64,000 nt of DNA from NCBI GenBank assembly GCA_053919585.1, contig CM132814.1, one strand, 5' to 3'. Positions within the stretch are counted from its first letter, which is position 1. Each line of letters begins with the position of its first letter. This document shows positions 13,301-24,910 of this stretch, piece by piece. The stretch is from Euprymna scolopes (taxonomy: Eukaryota). The notes under the pieces were generated by a model. The model was given only the letters and a program-made list of their open reading frames with translations. It had not been told where the DNA came from and ran no database searches. A program made the translations under genes and the position numbers.

Positions 13301-13700
13301 TTTTGATCTGTGGAACAAGTCGACATTCTTGGTTAGAGCAGGACAGAGAGGGAAAGCAGGAGGAAAAATATAGGAAATGTTTTTTTTCTTTTGTCGCACC
13401 TGATAATGTAACACCGTAACAATTACCCCACTAGTATGGAATCAAGTGGCACCACCAGAATCCATTCACCAGATGACAATACAGAAGCTCCAGTAGTTTG
13501 CACCTGCTGATAGGACAGCTTCCTTGGTTGTTATTCCAAGGTTCGGGTCACTGACTATCAGGCGGATAACGTCAGCGTAGATGAAACCTTTCCTATAGAA
13601 CCCTTTCTAGTGACATGTTCAAAAGGATAGACAAGGAAACAGAAGATTTCCGACATTTCAGGTTACTGTTCACGAAGTACTGCCGACCTGGAATGCAGCT
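10299..13700 (-). mobile_element. CR1/L2-group LINE, near full-length ORF2 (APE + RT), degraded
   Basis: FSNIRGIRSN..PDIFFLSE (APE start ~13220), LLDLFLT..PLGSSD, KATVPDGIP, RT motifs, C-terminal SFFLTRSRLWNS..CFPSDYNL; (TAAA)n-like tail at 10299-10316. 5' boundary approximate. Confidence 0.9.
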
Positions 13701-13865
13701 TTTTCTTCACCCTTTGTAAGAAAAATCACTCAATAAAGATGAGGACTGAGGGACAAATAAGGAGAAGCGAGAGGAACGAGAGCTGTCGATAATGCATCCA
13801 CAATGAGTTGTCTACTCTCCGTGCGATGTCTACTCTCCATATAAATGTCTCGATACGGGTCCGGA

Positions 13866-14163
13866 TTTGTTCGTTAAAATTCTACTTTCAACCGAGTCGT
13901 TGTTTGTTTCGTTCCCTACACTTTTTCTTCTACCTCTTCTTTTACACACGTCCGTTCGCTTTAGTGACTAAAAATCGTCTGTCCTCCCGCTTTCCTTTGC
14001 TCGTTTTTTATGGAACCAAGGTACGAGATTCTCCGAGATTCCCCGAGATACCACGAGGCTTTTATTCACATAAATGCCTGCGGGCATCATCTTGATTCTC
14101 AATTTGTACTCTGCAGGCACAAACGCGCACCCGCTTTAACGGTAAGCCACTTCTTTCTCCACA
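13866..14163 (-). repeat. 3' LTR (~298 bp)
   Basis: Near-identical to 17627-17925. Confidence 0.9.
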
Positions 14164-16860
14164 CTCCACCCTGATCTCATGATCCCAGAGCCGGCAGGGA
14201 GGTGGCGATCGCCGCCGTCGGATGCTTCTGGGAAGAGGGACGGTGCTGCTCTCGTCTTGCGTGCGCTCTCATCCACCGCCTGATGGTCGGGGAAAGCTTC
14301 ATCTGCGTGGAGGCCTCTGATATAAGAGACACTGCTTGATAGGGATGGTGCAAACCAAAGCGATGGCACACTCGTCTCAGAGTGAGAGTCACTCTCATCA
14401 TCCACTGGAGGCGGTACATTTGTCGCCGGCCGTAAGTCTCTTACGTGACGGGGTACGCCATCAACCTGGGCACACTGCTTACTAACCACATCGGTCACTG
14501 TGCCCCGTTTATATTTGTCAGTACATCGATTTCCTGGAGGCTTCACCCAGACAGCATCCACTTTTACATATCGATTCCGTTCTATCTCAGTGGCCACAGT
14601 TGTATCGGGGTTGGTTCCTTTTTCTCGGACACGGTACTGATAGATTGCGTTTGCCGGCGCCGTTCCTGTAGAGACGCCATCTTTCGGCATGAGATTATAC
14701 CAGTACACAGCTTCTGCGATGGTGCACTGCTTCCTGGCTGCAATTGTTCTGATGCTGCGATGGCTTCTCTCAGCTATACCATTGCCAGAAGGCACATAAA
14801 CGCATCTTAGCCGCAGCCGCACACCCCATTCTTGTAAGAACTGCCTCATCTGATGACTGCAATAGGCTGGGTCGTTGTCAGTCAGCATTTCATCGGGCGC
14901 AACTCTTTCACAGAACACGGATGACAGATGTCAAATAATGTTGCAAGAGTCCTTGCGCCCGAGGAGTCTTCAGACCGTTAAACGTGTAGGCTAACAATCG
15001 ATGAGGGTAAGGAAGTGTTTGCCACTGTAGTGTGTGATGTCCATACCCACTCTCTGCCACTTATCACTCACTCCCAACTCCCCTTTCTTCCATCGTGCTC
15101 GAGCTGGGTCGATGGATTGGCAGGCCTCGCAACTTTCCACCACTCTCCGAATATCTTTTTTTATACTGCTGGATCAATCATCTTCACAAAGTACAGTGTC
15201 CGCTTGATGCCAAGATGTCCACACTGTCGATGAATGTCCATGATGCGCGCTGCATCCACATTACACACAACTGCTGCACATGTGTTTTGCAGATTATCAG
15301 ACTGTCCCCGAGCACCAGCCAGAAGCCATCGTTGAGGGACTCTTGTCAGAGCATCTGCTCTGTTGAGCGCAGACCTGATCAACACCACGTCCACGGTCAG
15401 GTCGTACTCTGTGATGGTGTCGACCAAGGTTGCAAGCCGTCTTCGAATTAACATCTCGCTCGATGCTCGTATCGTCAGCCGTGCTCTTCCACTTAATGCA
15501 TCGGTTATCTACCGATGAGTGCATGTCGAGTCAGATATGTAAAACCTTGGCTTGCCATTGAAGCGCCAAGTTAACGCCCTTCAATGTGGCATCAAGTTCG
15601 GCCAGGTTTTGTGTCTCGAATCATTCTCTGGCCGAAGCCAACAGACATCTTCAATAATGGAATCATAAACTCCAAGGGCAACTCCAAGGGCCAGTGAACT
15701 AGCATCCAGCCAGACCGTGAACTCATACCCGCTGACGCACCACTTACCCTGGACGGGCTCATCACTGGTGACCCTGGACACAGTCTCTGTCAGCATGCTC
15801 TTTAGGGTAACATCGTGTACTGCATCATCCCATCCCGACGGCACGGCTGTTGCACGTCTTTTTATGGCCACCACGTCCCCCCTGAGCGAACCGCACAGAA
15901 GGAAATTTTCTACGATCTTTCCACAAAGCGAAAACACTGCCTCATCTTGCTACCTGATAGCATGCATGGTTGCTATCATAATGCCTGGTGCCATATTTAG
16001 ACCGAACCCTAGCCTGGTTAGACAATATCAGGTTCCTCGAATTTCCACAGTCTGAAATGGCCACAATTTCCTCTCAGTGCGTATTTGCAGATAGGCCCTG
16101 CGAAGGTCCAGAGTTGCCACGTTCGATTCCTGCTGTCGCCACTCCCTTAATTTGAGTGCACGCACATCAGCCATTGCTCTATATGGGTCGACATGCTCAT
16201 TGAGCTCACGGTAGTCTAGGACGGGACGGACCTTTTGTTTGGTCTCTTCTTCGACGGCCATCAAGGGAATCAGCCCTCGCGGGGGACCAAGTTCATCCTT
16301 TCGGTATGGAAGAAGCCAGCCATTGTCGATCCACGTCTGCAGTTCTCCTTCATACTGTTCCCTTATCCACATGGGTGGGAGATATTCAGATAACCGGGTC
16401 CGCAAGGATATTGATGGCTAATCGTTTGACCACTTCCAAGACGCCGTCCATGCATTTTTGTTTCTATCATACTCTGCACGAAAGTCAGGCTCGTTAAGAG
16501 GTATGGCAGCACAAACGGGTTCCTCACATCGGGAGAACTGTACCTTGCCGGTTCTGTCCACAGTAATTCCACCCAGTTGTGTAATCAAGTTCATACCCAG
16601 GAGTAGGTCGTACCCGAGAAGCTCTCCCTTCACAACCAGGGCTCGCACGGCTACTGCAGGCCCGTCGTTGATGCTTGCGCGGATAATATTCACCCCACAA
16701 GAGGCTAGTGAACCTCCGCCTTCAGTTAGTACCGGAATTATCTCTGCTTTGCAAGTGGCACAGCATATCTTTCTCACGAGAGTCTAGGTGCACACAGTGT
16801 CCACAAGCGCGAGGCGCTCGCTTCCATTAATGTGCATGCTTACAGTGGGTAGCGACCTGC
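14136..16860 (-). pseudogene. pol: pol (protease, RT with internal deletion, RNase H, integrase)
   Basis: LALVDTVC and YDLLLGM (protease); LIPLMAV..KVRPVLDYRELN, LDLRRAYLQI (RT); VWLDASSLALG, NRADALTR (RNase H); HRQCGHLG, LTDNDPAY, GNGIAERSHR (integrase). Confidence 0.93.
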
Positions 16861-17614
16861 TCAATGACGATCTGGGGAGAAGACTGGCTCTGTAGCTTCT
16901 TCCCCTTGCCCATTTCCCGGACAGGTGCGGGCCAGGTGTCCGCGTTTTTTGCACTTGTAGCACTGCGGCCTGTCAAGTTTCCGAGTTGGTTGACGTGACG
17001 AAAGACAATCACGGGCAAAATGGTTGGGTCCTCCACACTTATAGCAGATTGTAGCTGCGGTCAGGCCCTGCGATCCAACCTGTGAGTGTTGTACAGCTGC
17101 AGTTTGGTCTATAGTGTTGGGGCTTTTCTTTAGTATTGCTCGTGCCTGCGCCAATACTTCCGATATGTCCATATCGTCTACTTGGGATGAGGCACGGAGC
17201 AGATCTTCCACATTCTTAGGTAATCCTGCAACAAAGGCGCACACCAAGCCTTTATCTGACATCCCTCCAAAAAGGACCGATAGCTTTTTTTAGTTCAGCC
17301 AGATAAACATCCACCGTTTCCCCGGGATGTAATTTTCGGGCCATGAATTCCTTCCGTGCAGTAACTGGATCCAAGGCAAATGCTGTAAAAAGGGCGCGCT
17401 TGATGCAGGGGAAATCTGTTTTCTTCTCATCAGCTAACTGCTGGTATACTGCATATGCTCCCCGAGTGAGGCGTCTTGGGACCACGAATTCCATACGCTT
17501 CACCTCCCTGAGCTGACACATTAATTCTGCGTTTTCCACCCATTCCTGCACTGAGTGATCAGTGCTACTGCCATCAAACAGGTGGATTAGCTTGGGGTCA
17601 AATCCTGACGTCAT
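16861..17614 (-). pseudogene. gag: gag with two CCHC zinc knuckles, one frameshift
   Basis: MTSGFDPKLIHLFDG..LHPGETVDVYLAEL; CYKCGGPNHFARDC and CYKCKKRGHLARTC. Confidence 0.92.
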
Positions 17615-17626
17615 GCCGAAAGAGCT

Positions 17627-17925
17627 TGTGTTCGTTACACCTCTACTTTCAACCGAGTCGTTCTTTGTTTCGTTCACCACACTCTTTTCTTGTACCTCTT
17701 CTTTTACACACGTCCGTTCGCTTTAGTGACTAAAAATCGTCTGTCCTCCCGCTTTCCTTTGCTCGTTATTTATGGAACCAGGGTACGAGATTCTCCGAGA
17801 TTCCCCGAGATTCCACGAGACTTTTTTCCACATAAAAGACTGCGGGTGCCATCTTGATTCTCAATTAGTGCTCTGCAGGCACGAACACGCAGCCGCTTTA
17901 ACGGTAAGCAACTTCTTTCTCCACA
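17627..17925 (-). repeat. 5' LTR (~299 bp)
   Basis: TG...CA on minus strand; matches 13866-14163. Confidence 0.9.
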
Positions 17926-18055
17926 CCGAAACTGAGAGCCTGCCTTTTCCAAGAACGCCGGCGGGAGGTCGGTAAATACGCAGGGGATGGCAGGAATCAG
18001 GCTGTCTTTCGTGTGGAAGGATATTATGTTGTAATGTCCTCAACATATTATTACA

Positions 18056-18470
18056 CGAAGTAGTCCAGCATGCTCCGGTCGAGTAGGGCGGAGGAAACAG
18101 GGAGAGAAACGTATAAAGTTGTAGTAATCTTGCTAAAGTCAATCCCGGGTCTCTTTGATCTCGTGGGCTGGCGCCGAGTTCTGCTGCAACAGCGATATTT
18201 TGTCCTCGGCTACCTAATTGCACCAACCGTTCACTACACACTTCGACACATCCAGGCACACTTTAGTGTTGACTTTCAAGCCGACTCCGAAGATCCGATG
18301 TGGCATGATGTGGGCTTTACTTGAAACCACACGGAAGAAGATCATAACCATGATGGTAAACTTGGTTTTTATCACCCTTTCCACATCCTTGTTATTCATG
18401 GTAATCCAGTGATGCATTCTGAGCGTGCTCGCAATCGTCTTGTTGTCATAACTTGGATAAGAAGAGAGCA
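18056..18470 (-). pseudogene. Tc1/mariner superfamily transposase fragment (DD37D/maT-like)
   Basis: KTKFTIMVMIFFRVVSSKAHIMPHRIF..LKVN..QQNSAPAH..P.S.D..MLDYFV, matching VMV.GVVSSEG..MPP, QQDSAPAH and WPP.SPDLNPLDY. Confidence 0.8.
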
Positions 18471-19573
18471 TGAGTTGTACAGCGGTGCATGTCTGATCTC
18501 GTTTATTGAAAATGTTGTGACTTTCATGTATGCTAGAGGGCTTTTATCGCTCTTGGAATTTGTAAAGAACTCGCCAATTTGTAAATCTACAACAAAAAAG
18601 TATAAAAAGGTGTTAATCAAACGGTAATGGATTCATGTTGTTTTTCCTAGGGCGACACTTTTATCCTTCTAGGAATGGTTATAAAATATTCCTAAAGAGA
18701 GAAGCGGAGTCCTTGCTAAACAGCCCACTGAAAAATCTTCTTTAATTTTTACTTGTCGCCACTTATCAAAGCCTTGAGGCAACTCTAGGATAAAGGTTCT
18801 GTGTTAGGTTTATGACGAGACAATATTATTGATTACATAATGTAGATGGAGGGCCACGAAGTAGGCTTCTTCGAGTTTTAGTATAAGCCATATAATTGAA
18901 ATGATCCAAGGTTTATATAGAGGGAATTGTCGCCGTATGGTGGTACGATAAGACGCCTCGGAAACAACAATAAATAAACTATTACTGTTTGCGAAGCAAG
19001 AATACCTATAAGAGTGGTTTCTTATGTCCAAATCGAAGCATACCTCATTCCAATATGCTATGAGTAAAGAAAGGTTCCAGGTTGTCGAAATAATGCCAAG
19101 AATTCACTTTGCTACTTTGTATGAAAATTATGTTTCTAAAGTTAAATAAATTCATTAAAATAAAATAAAACTCCCAAATAACTCATTATGTTCGTTTTTA
19201 TCTCCACCCTCTCCCTCTCTCTATCTATCTCTTTCCTATTGATCTATCTATTCTTATACAAAACACTACTATGTGCTTGTGTGTGTGCGTTCCTTCCTCA
19301 TGGGTGCCAAAACGGCTGAGCCTATCTTTTGTCATTTTTACACAAAGCTAATTTATATGTCTGAGAGTTTTCTGACATATGTTCTGACAGAATATTAACC
19401 GATAAGTATCGAAAATTGGAAACATCCGATCTTAAAATATTTTTTCTCTCTTATGAGAGTGTGCATATTACATTTGCATGAAATGTCTTGATTTTTAATC
19501 CTATTAAGGTAAAATCAGAGGGGAAAACGAGTTCATTGTATATATATATATATATATATATAGGGATTATAAT

Positions 19574-19625
<52 letters not shown>

Positions 19626-20065
19626 TTACTATTTCCATCCTTGTATACATTGTCGCTATCTTATATCGCTCCAACAATGGAATGATGAGACACGGAAGTT
19701 GGAACTTGTGCTATATGTTAATGTGAGTTTGTTCGACACAATCGTGTTCAGCTACATGTGATAATGGGGCTGTGTTATTGGATTAAGGGACAGTTAAGAA
19801 TTAAAATAATTGAAACCCGAATGATAAGCTCATTCACTAATTCCCCAAATATCATTTGTTTGAAAGAAGATTAATTGCTATTGAACAAAAGGCCCCAACA
19901 ATGTGATTTTTGTATGCACTGCTCTAGAGATTATCTACAAATTGCCGAGAAAACAAACGGCTGACGAATCAAAGTAAGTGCTTCTCGCTATGAATTCCAA
20001 TAGCGGTTTAATCTCGTATATAATGAATACATAGAGAAAACGTAATGTGAACACAAAAATGTCAT

Positions 20066-20121
<56 letters not shown>

Positions 20122-20139
20122 ATATAATAATAATGAATA

Positions 20140-20190
20140 CCTACAAACACTAGTGTGTCATCCCTTCGGGAATCTTCAGTGGAGTGTGTC
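20140..20190 (-). ncRNA. Degenerate minimal type I hammerhead motif, copy 1
   Basis: CTGAAGA-TTCC-cgaag-GGAT-GACA-CACTAGTG-TT-TGTAGG (core GAAA changed to GACA). Confidence 0.55.
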
Positions 20191-20469
20191 ACCATTAACA
20201 AAACCCGAGAAATTCATACCCGTCAACATGAACAATCTCTGGTTCCATTAGCAAACAGACTATCCATTCGGCTACCATACACTTCGAGAAATTACGTTGA
20301 ATTTAAACATTTTTAAAAAATGGTTTTAATGTCAGTCACAGTGATCTAATCGTTATACGATGATCTATACATAAGAGCTAAATTGACTGACTTAATGTAA
20401 CTAAAATTGCTCCACGATAAGAAAGAGTTTTTTAAAGGGCTGTCATAATTATTTACTATAATAATAAAA

Positions 20470-20520
20470 TACCCACAGTCACTAGTCTTTCATCCTTTCG
20501 GAAATCTTCAGTGTAGACTG
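20470..20520 (-). ncRNA. Degenerate minimal type I hammerhead motif, copy 2
   Basis: TCTACA-CTGAAGA-TTTCC-gaaa-GGAT-GAAA-GACTAGT-GAC-TGTGGG; stem I TCTACA/TGTGGG pairs. Confidence 0.6.
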
Positions 20521-20524
20521 CCAC

Positions 20525-20527
<3 letters not shown>

Positions 20528-20586
<59 letters not shown>
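20528..20586. repeat. (TA)n microsatellite
   Basis: Perfect TA run. Similar runs at ~19539-19623, 20068-20117, 21742-21797, 22538-22607, 24125-24186, 37500-37551, 45037-45090, 47855-47912, 60174-60247, 62192-62232. Confidence 0.99.
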
Positions 20587-20590
<4 letters not shown>

Positions 20591-21210
20591 TTAACGTTTT
20601 TAACATTTGAAACTATACAAAAAATTATTTTTTATCATTCGTTAAAAAAAACAAAAAAAACACTTAGTCAGTAAGTCATTTAATCATCTGCAATCACTGC
20701 ATCAACTCTCAAATTTAATATAATACAAATTTTTTATTTTTCAAGGGATCATCAGTTGTTTACCATGAAACACTGTTTCGGGGATTTAAAACCAAAACAG
20801 TGTATTACATCATGGCTTCCCAGCAGTGTTGATCAAACACCACTACCCTTAATCTTAGGAAGAAGACAAGTTACAAAAATGTTGATTCAATTTCCTATTC
20901 TTAATTGCAATTACTAACCTTTTCATATTATAAAAATGAATTTCTTACCTGTGCGATTCATCAATTTCCACATTTAAAATGGATACATTTTTTAATTTAT
21001 CAGTCTTGTATTAATAAGATTTGGATTAATCCATTTAACTACTTATCACCCCCACTATAGTTAGTAGTTTGTATATTTACATTTTTATTTATTTAAAATT
21101 AGATATATAAAGGTTAAAAATATTTTATTTTTACATATATACATTTTTTTTAATTTTTTTATTTTATATATATATATATATAAATTTATTATATGTAATT
21201 ATAAATACAT

Positions 21211-21737
21211 TTATACATTGCTAATATAGTTTTGGATTTCCTTTATTAATATATTCTGGTTTAGCTTAAACGATTCAAAAGCATCAGGATAACGAACAAA
21301 TGCTTTATTTAACTGTTTAAATATTTTATTTTTATCTCCACCTTGTTTTATCATCCTTATTACTAAGCTAGAAACTGGTGGTATAAAATCTGTTAATTTT
21401 AGAGTAACACGAGCTATACTCAAAAACTCTGACATAATGGTTCCATAAAACACAAAAACAGGGCAGGTGCTATCCTTATGGGGCATAGTACTATTTTAAA
21501 GGGGAATGCGTTTCTTTTATCAAATATTTTATGAAGAAAAATCCCATCCTCAATTTTTATATCTAAATCCAGAAATGTAGCCTGTTGTCCTGTATGTTCA
21601 CAATTCAATTTTAGTTCGTTATGATATATAAGATGTTTATTTTTTTCGAATTCATCATTATCGTTTATGCATATAAGGTAATCTATAAATCTCCTACACC
21701 CATGAAAGTTATATGTTTTAGATATATCTGTTTTTAA

Positions 21738-21794
<57 letters not shown>

Positions 21795-22540
21795 ATACTC
21801 GAGTCTATGTAAATACAAATTTGCCCAAAATGGTGCCGGATCCAATCCCGTTGGGATACCTATCGTTTGGAGTAATATTTTATTTCCTATTTGAAAATAG
21901 CATTCTTTAATAAAATGACTTACAAGCATTTTTAAAATACCTTTAGAAATACTAGTTTTGCGATTTTTATGTTTCACCAGAAAACTTTAGAGTTTGAAAA
22001 GTCTATATATTTACCTTTTCCACCTTGAAAAGCCAACTCTACAGTATCATTTAATTCTTTTATAAGTTTTTCGTGTGGAATTTTACTATATAGCGTACTA
22101 AAATCATAAGTAGCTATAGATTTTGCTTTTATTCTGGAATTTATTTTATCTAATTTTTCTTTCACTGGTTTGGAATTATTTACTACCCAAAATAGATTTA
22201 TATTACTATAGAATTTACTTTTCAGGTGAAAATTATTTATTTGATTTATAATTAATTTAAATATTTTAGATATAGCTTTACTTAGAGATTTAGTGATGCA
22301 CGTCTTTGAACCTACAATAAATCTAGCTCCAACTGGATTTTTATGCATTTTAGGTATCCAATACATACATGGAAGATTTTTGTGTTTATCTTCTAACTTT
22401 AATCCTACTTTTTCATTTATAATACTATTATTCAAAATAATGCTATCTAAATTACTATTACTTACTTTATAAGTATCCGAATCGTTTCCTATAAGTCCTA
22501 CTTCTATCAATAAACGTTGTATATAATATTTTTTACATAT
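21211..22540 (-). pseudogene. Penelope-like element reverse transcriptase, 5'-truncated and frameshifted
   Basis: LPCMYWIPKMHKNP..RFIVGS, TYDFSTLYSKIPH, QTIGIPTGLDPAPFWANLYL, RFIDYL, TFLDLDI..FDKRNAFPF, FYGTIMSEFL.IAR are PLE RT and thumb motifs. Confidence 0.9.
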
Positions 22541-22567
22541 ATATATATACATATATATATATATGTA

Positions 22568-22610
<43 letters not shown>

Positions 22611-22685
22611 CCACAAAACTAATATTTTATTCATTGGACATCACTAAAAAATGACACTTTTACACAATGAAAATTATTCTGTATA

Positions 22686-24084
22686 CAGCTTATATGACAG
22701 AGTTACTTATTTTCCCCTCAAATACCTCAATAGTTTACTATTAAAGCCAAAACCTTCTGACAAAAGTGAGTACATCCCTTAAGAAAAATACACAGCTACA
22801 TGTTTAAAATTAATACTGCTTGTCTCTCCAAAATATCATGAGACGAATTAGTGTTATTGCGCACATGAGTGCATAGAGAGCAGGTTTGTTCAAACTCGTT
22901 GTGGAGATCTCTCCCTCTCTCATACTGGTCACTAGCAGTCTAAACATGGAACTACATAGCAAAGAATCCTCTGGGTTCTTAAAAGGCGTATTGTTGCGCT
23001 AAATTAGATGACCAAAAATGCAAGAAGAGTGTTTACACTGCAAATGAGTTGCAAAACAGTGGCTCAGATCAGCCGGCGTTTTAAAAGAGCAGTGACCACT
23101 GAAAAAGGCCTCCGGAAAGCCATCCAAAGAAGCTGAGCACACGTGCTGAGCATGATATTCATATGTTTTCTTTAAAAGATCGGCATAAGACTGCTGTCTG
23201 CAAATCTGCAGAGATTGAAGAGGTGAAGGGAGCCAAACTGTTAGTGCTCAGACCATACGTCGCACTCAAGGAGGAAACATCTTCTGAAGACGATAGACAA
23301 GTAAGCTCGCAAAGAATTTGCTGAAGATATGTTAACAAATCATATGTATTACTGGATCTAATATGGATAATTATTGTCTGATGAGATGGAGATTAATTTG
23401 TGTGTTTCGATGGCTTCAATCATGTTTGGAGGCAACCAGATGATGAGTACGAAGATAACTGTGCCATGCTTACAGTAAAACCTTGAGGTGGGAATGCAAT
23501 GGTATAAGTCAGCCAGAGTCTGCAGGTGTTGGGGATTTGCATTTTATAGAAATAAACATGTATTCCAACATGTATTAGGAAATATGAAGCAGGACATTAT
23601 ACCTTACCTCCGGAAACTGGGTTGTAATGAAGGGTTCCAGCATAGCAATGATTCCAAAAACACCAAGCGGAAAGTGATGGTAAACAAAATCTTAAATATC
23701 TGCCAGATGTATTATGTCATAAAGAAAAAGTGGAAATCATTCTAATGGCGGCCTATAAAGCTCTTTTAAATTTCATGCTCAGGAAAGTAAACGCAGTTCT
23801 GAATGATTAGATTGGCCACAAAAAATATTAATAGTTGACATAGTATATTGTGATATTGACAACTTTTCCTGAAGGGAATGTACTCAATTTTGTTGGCAGA
23901 GTTAAGCTTTTATTATTATGTGTTGAGTTGTTTGGAGGGGTGAATAATTCAACACTGTTATATAAGCAGCGCACATACTACTTTTAATTTTGTCAAAGTG
24001 GCATGTTCTCAGTGTTATATAATGAAGATATATACTTAAATGCATGCAGAATTGTAAGGGCGTGTTCACTGTTTTAATACACTG
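22686..24084 (+). mobile_element. Tc1-like DNA transposon (IR/DR-type ends), degraded, internally deleted
   Basis: TA|CAG at 22686 and CTG|TA at 24084; inner repeats ACAAAAGTGAGTACATCCCT (~22760) and AGGGAATGTACTCAATTTTGT (~23873); transposase remnants (HTH ~22947, SDE ~23376, FQH.ND.K.T ~23635). Left TIR is poorly preserved. Confidence 0.8.
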
Positions 24085-24137
24085 TATATAATTATACCCA
24101 CTTATATATAACCTTTGTTTAGATGTATATATATATA

Positions 24138-24190
<53 letters not shown>

Positions 24191-24253
24191 GTTTGAGAGA
24201 TTACAGCGAGAGAAAATGTATATTTAAATAAGAGAGGTCACCAACAATATCTA

Positions 24254-24910
24254 TGTATTTTTTAACATTATTTTATTATTCCGTCTTTTAGTTTTTTTAT
24301 ATAAAAATGTATCCTATTTAGATCATTGTACTAATGTTTTGAAATCATTGAAATAGTTTTTTACGCGTTTCAGACGTTCTGTCTAGCGTCCTCTTCAGAA
24401 ATTATTCAAAGTGTAAAATAATTAAAATACATTTAAAATGTGTTCAGAATGTATGAATGCATTTTCGCAGTCCATTTTAGTTGTATGCTTCCCGTGCGGA
24501 TGAAATGTCTTTAAATAAGACCAAATATCTTCATGGGTGTGTTCTACTTTATCCCTTCTTATTGGGGTCAGACTATGGTAATTCTTTATTTTGCTGTTCA
24601 CTCTCTCTTCTCCTACTTTTTATTTATTATTTATTTTTTTAATGTTTTTTTTAATTTTTAATTTTTTTTATTTTTATTATTACTTGGGTGGAAGTGAGGG
24701 CCGCGTTGGTACTTGGTACGGTGGGTGCGTAGAGAAGTGTGTGTGTGTGCATGTGGTTTTCCTTGTATTGGCTTGTAGAATGTATACGTCTCATAGTTTT
24801 ATACCATGATAAGAAAGTAAATGTGATACAAGTTTGTGTGTAATATGTGGGTGGTGGGGGTCAGTTTCTCTGAAACAGGGGTAATCGGTGGAGATGTTTT
24901 CACCTAAATC
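24254..24910 (-). mobile_element. Non-coding hammerhead-bearing (Penelope-type) repeat, inverted copy
   Basis: Reverse complement of 25360-25471 joined to 36636-37137; contains a hammerhead motif. Confidence 0.8.
24352..24406 (-). ncRNA. Minimal type I hammerhead ribozyme, core intact
   Basis: AATAATTT-CTGAAGA-GGACG-ctagacagaa-CGTCT-GAAA-CGCG-TA-AAAAACTATT; palindromic ACGCGT helix III, GUA cleavage triplet. Confidence 0.75.

Larger units (their letters stand above)
13866..17925 (-). mobile_element. Compact Ty3/Gypsy LTR retrotransposon (~4.06 kb), degraded
   Basis: Direct repeats 13866-14163 and 17627-17925 starting TGTGGAGAAAG on -; imperfect TSD CCGGA/CCGAA; PPT GAGATCAGGGTGGAG; gag-PR-RT-RH-IN order. 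Confidence 0.93.

Noticed and set aside
20763-20815. Hairpin downstream of the PLE RT as a SECIS element
   Set aside because: It forms a stem, but I could not place the AUGA/GA quartet and apical AA at correct spacing on either strand.
21974-21976. In-frame TGA in the PLE RT as selenocysteine
   Set aside because: Homology continues in a different frame after it, so it is a frameshift lesion.
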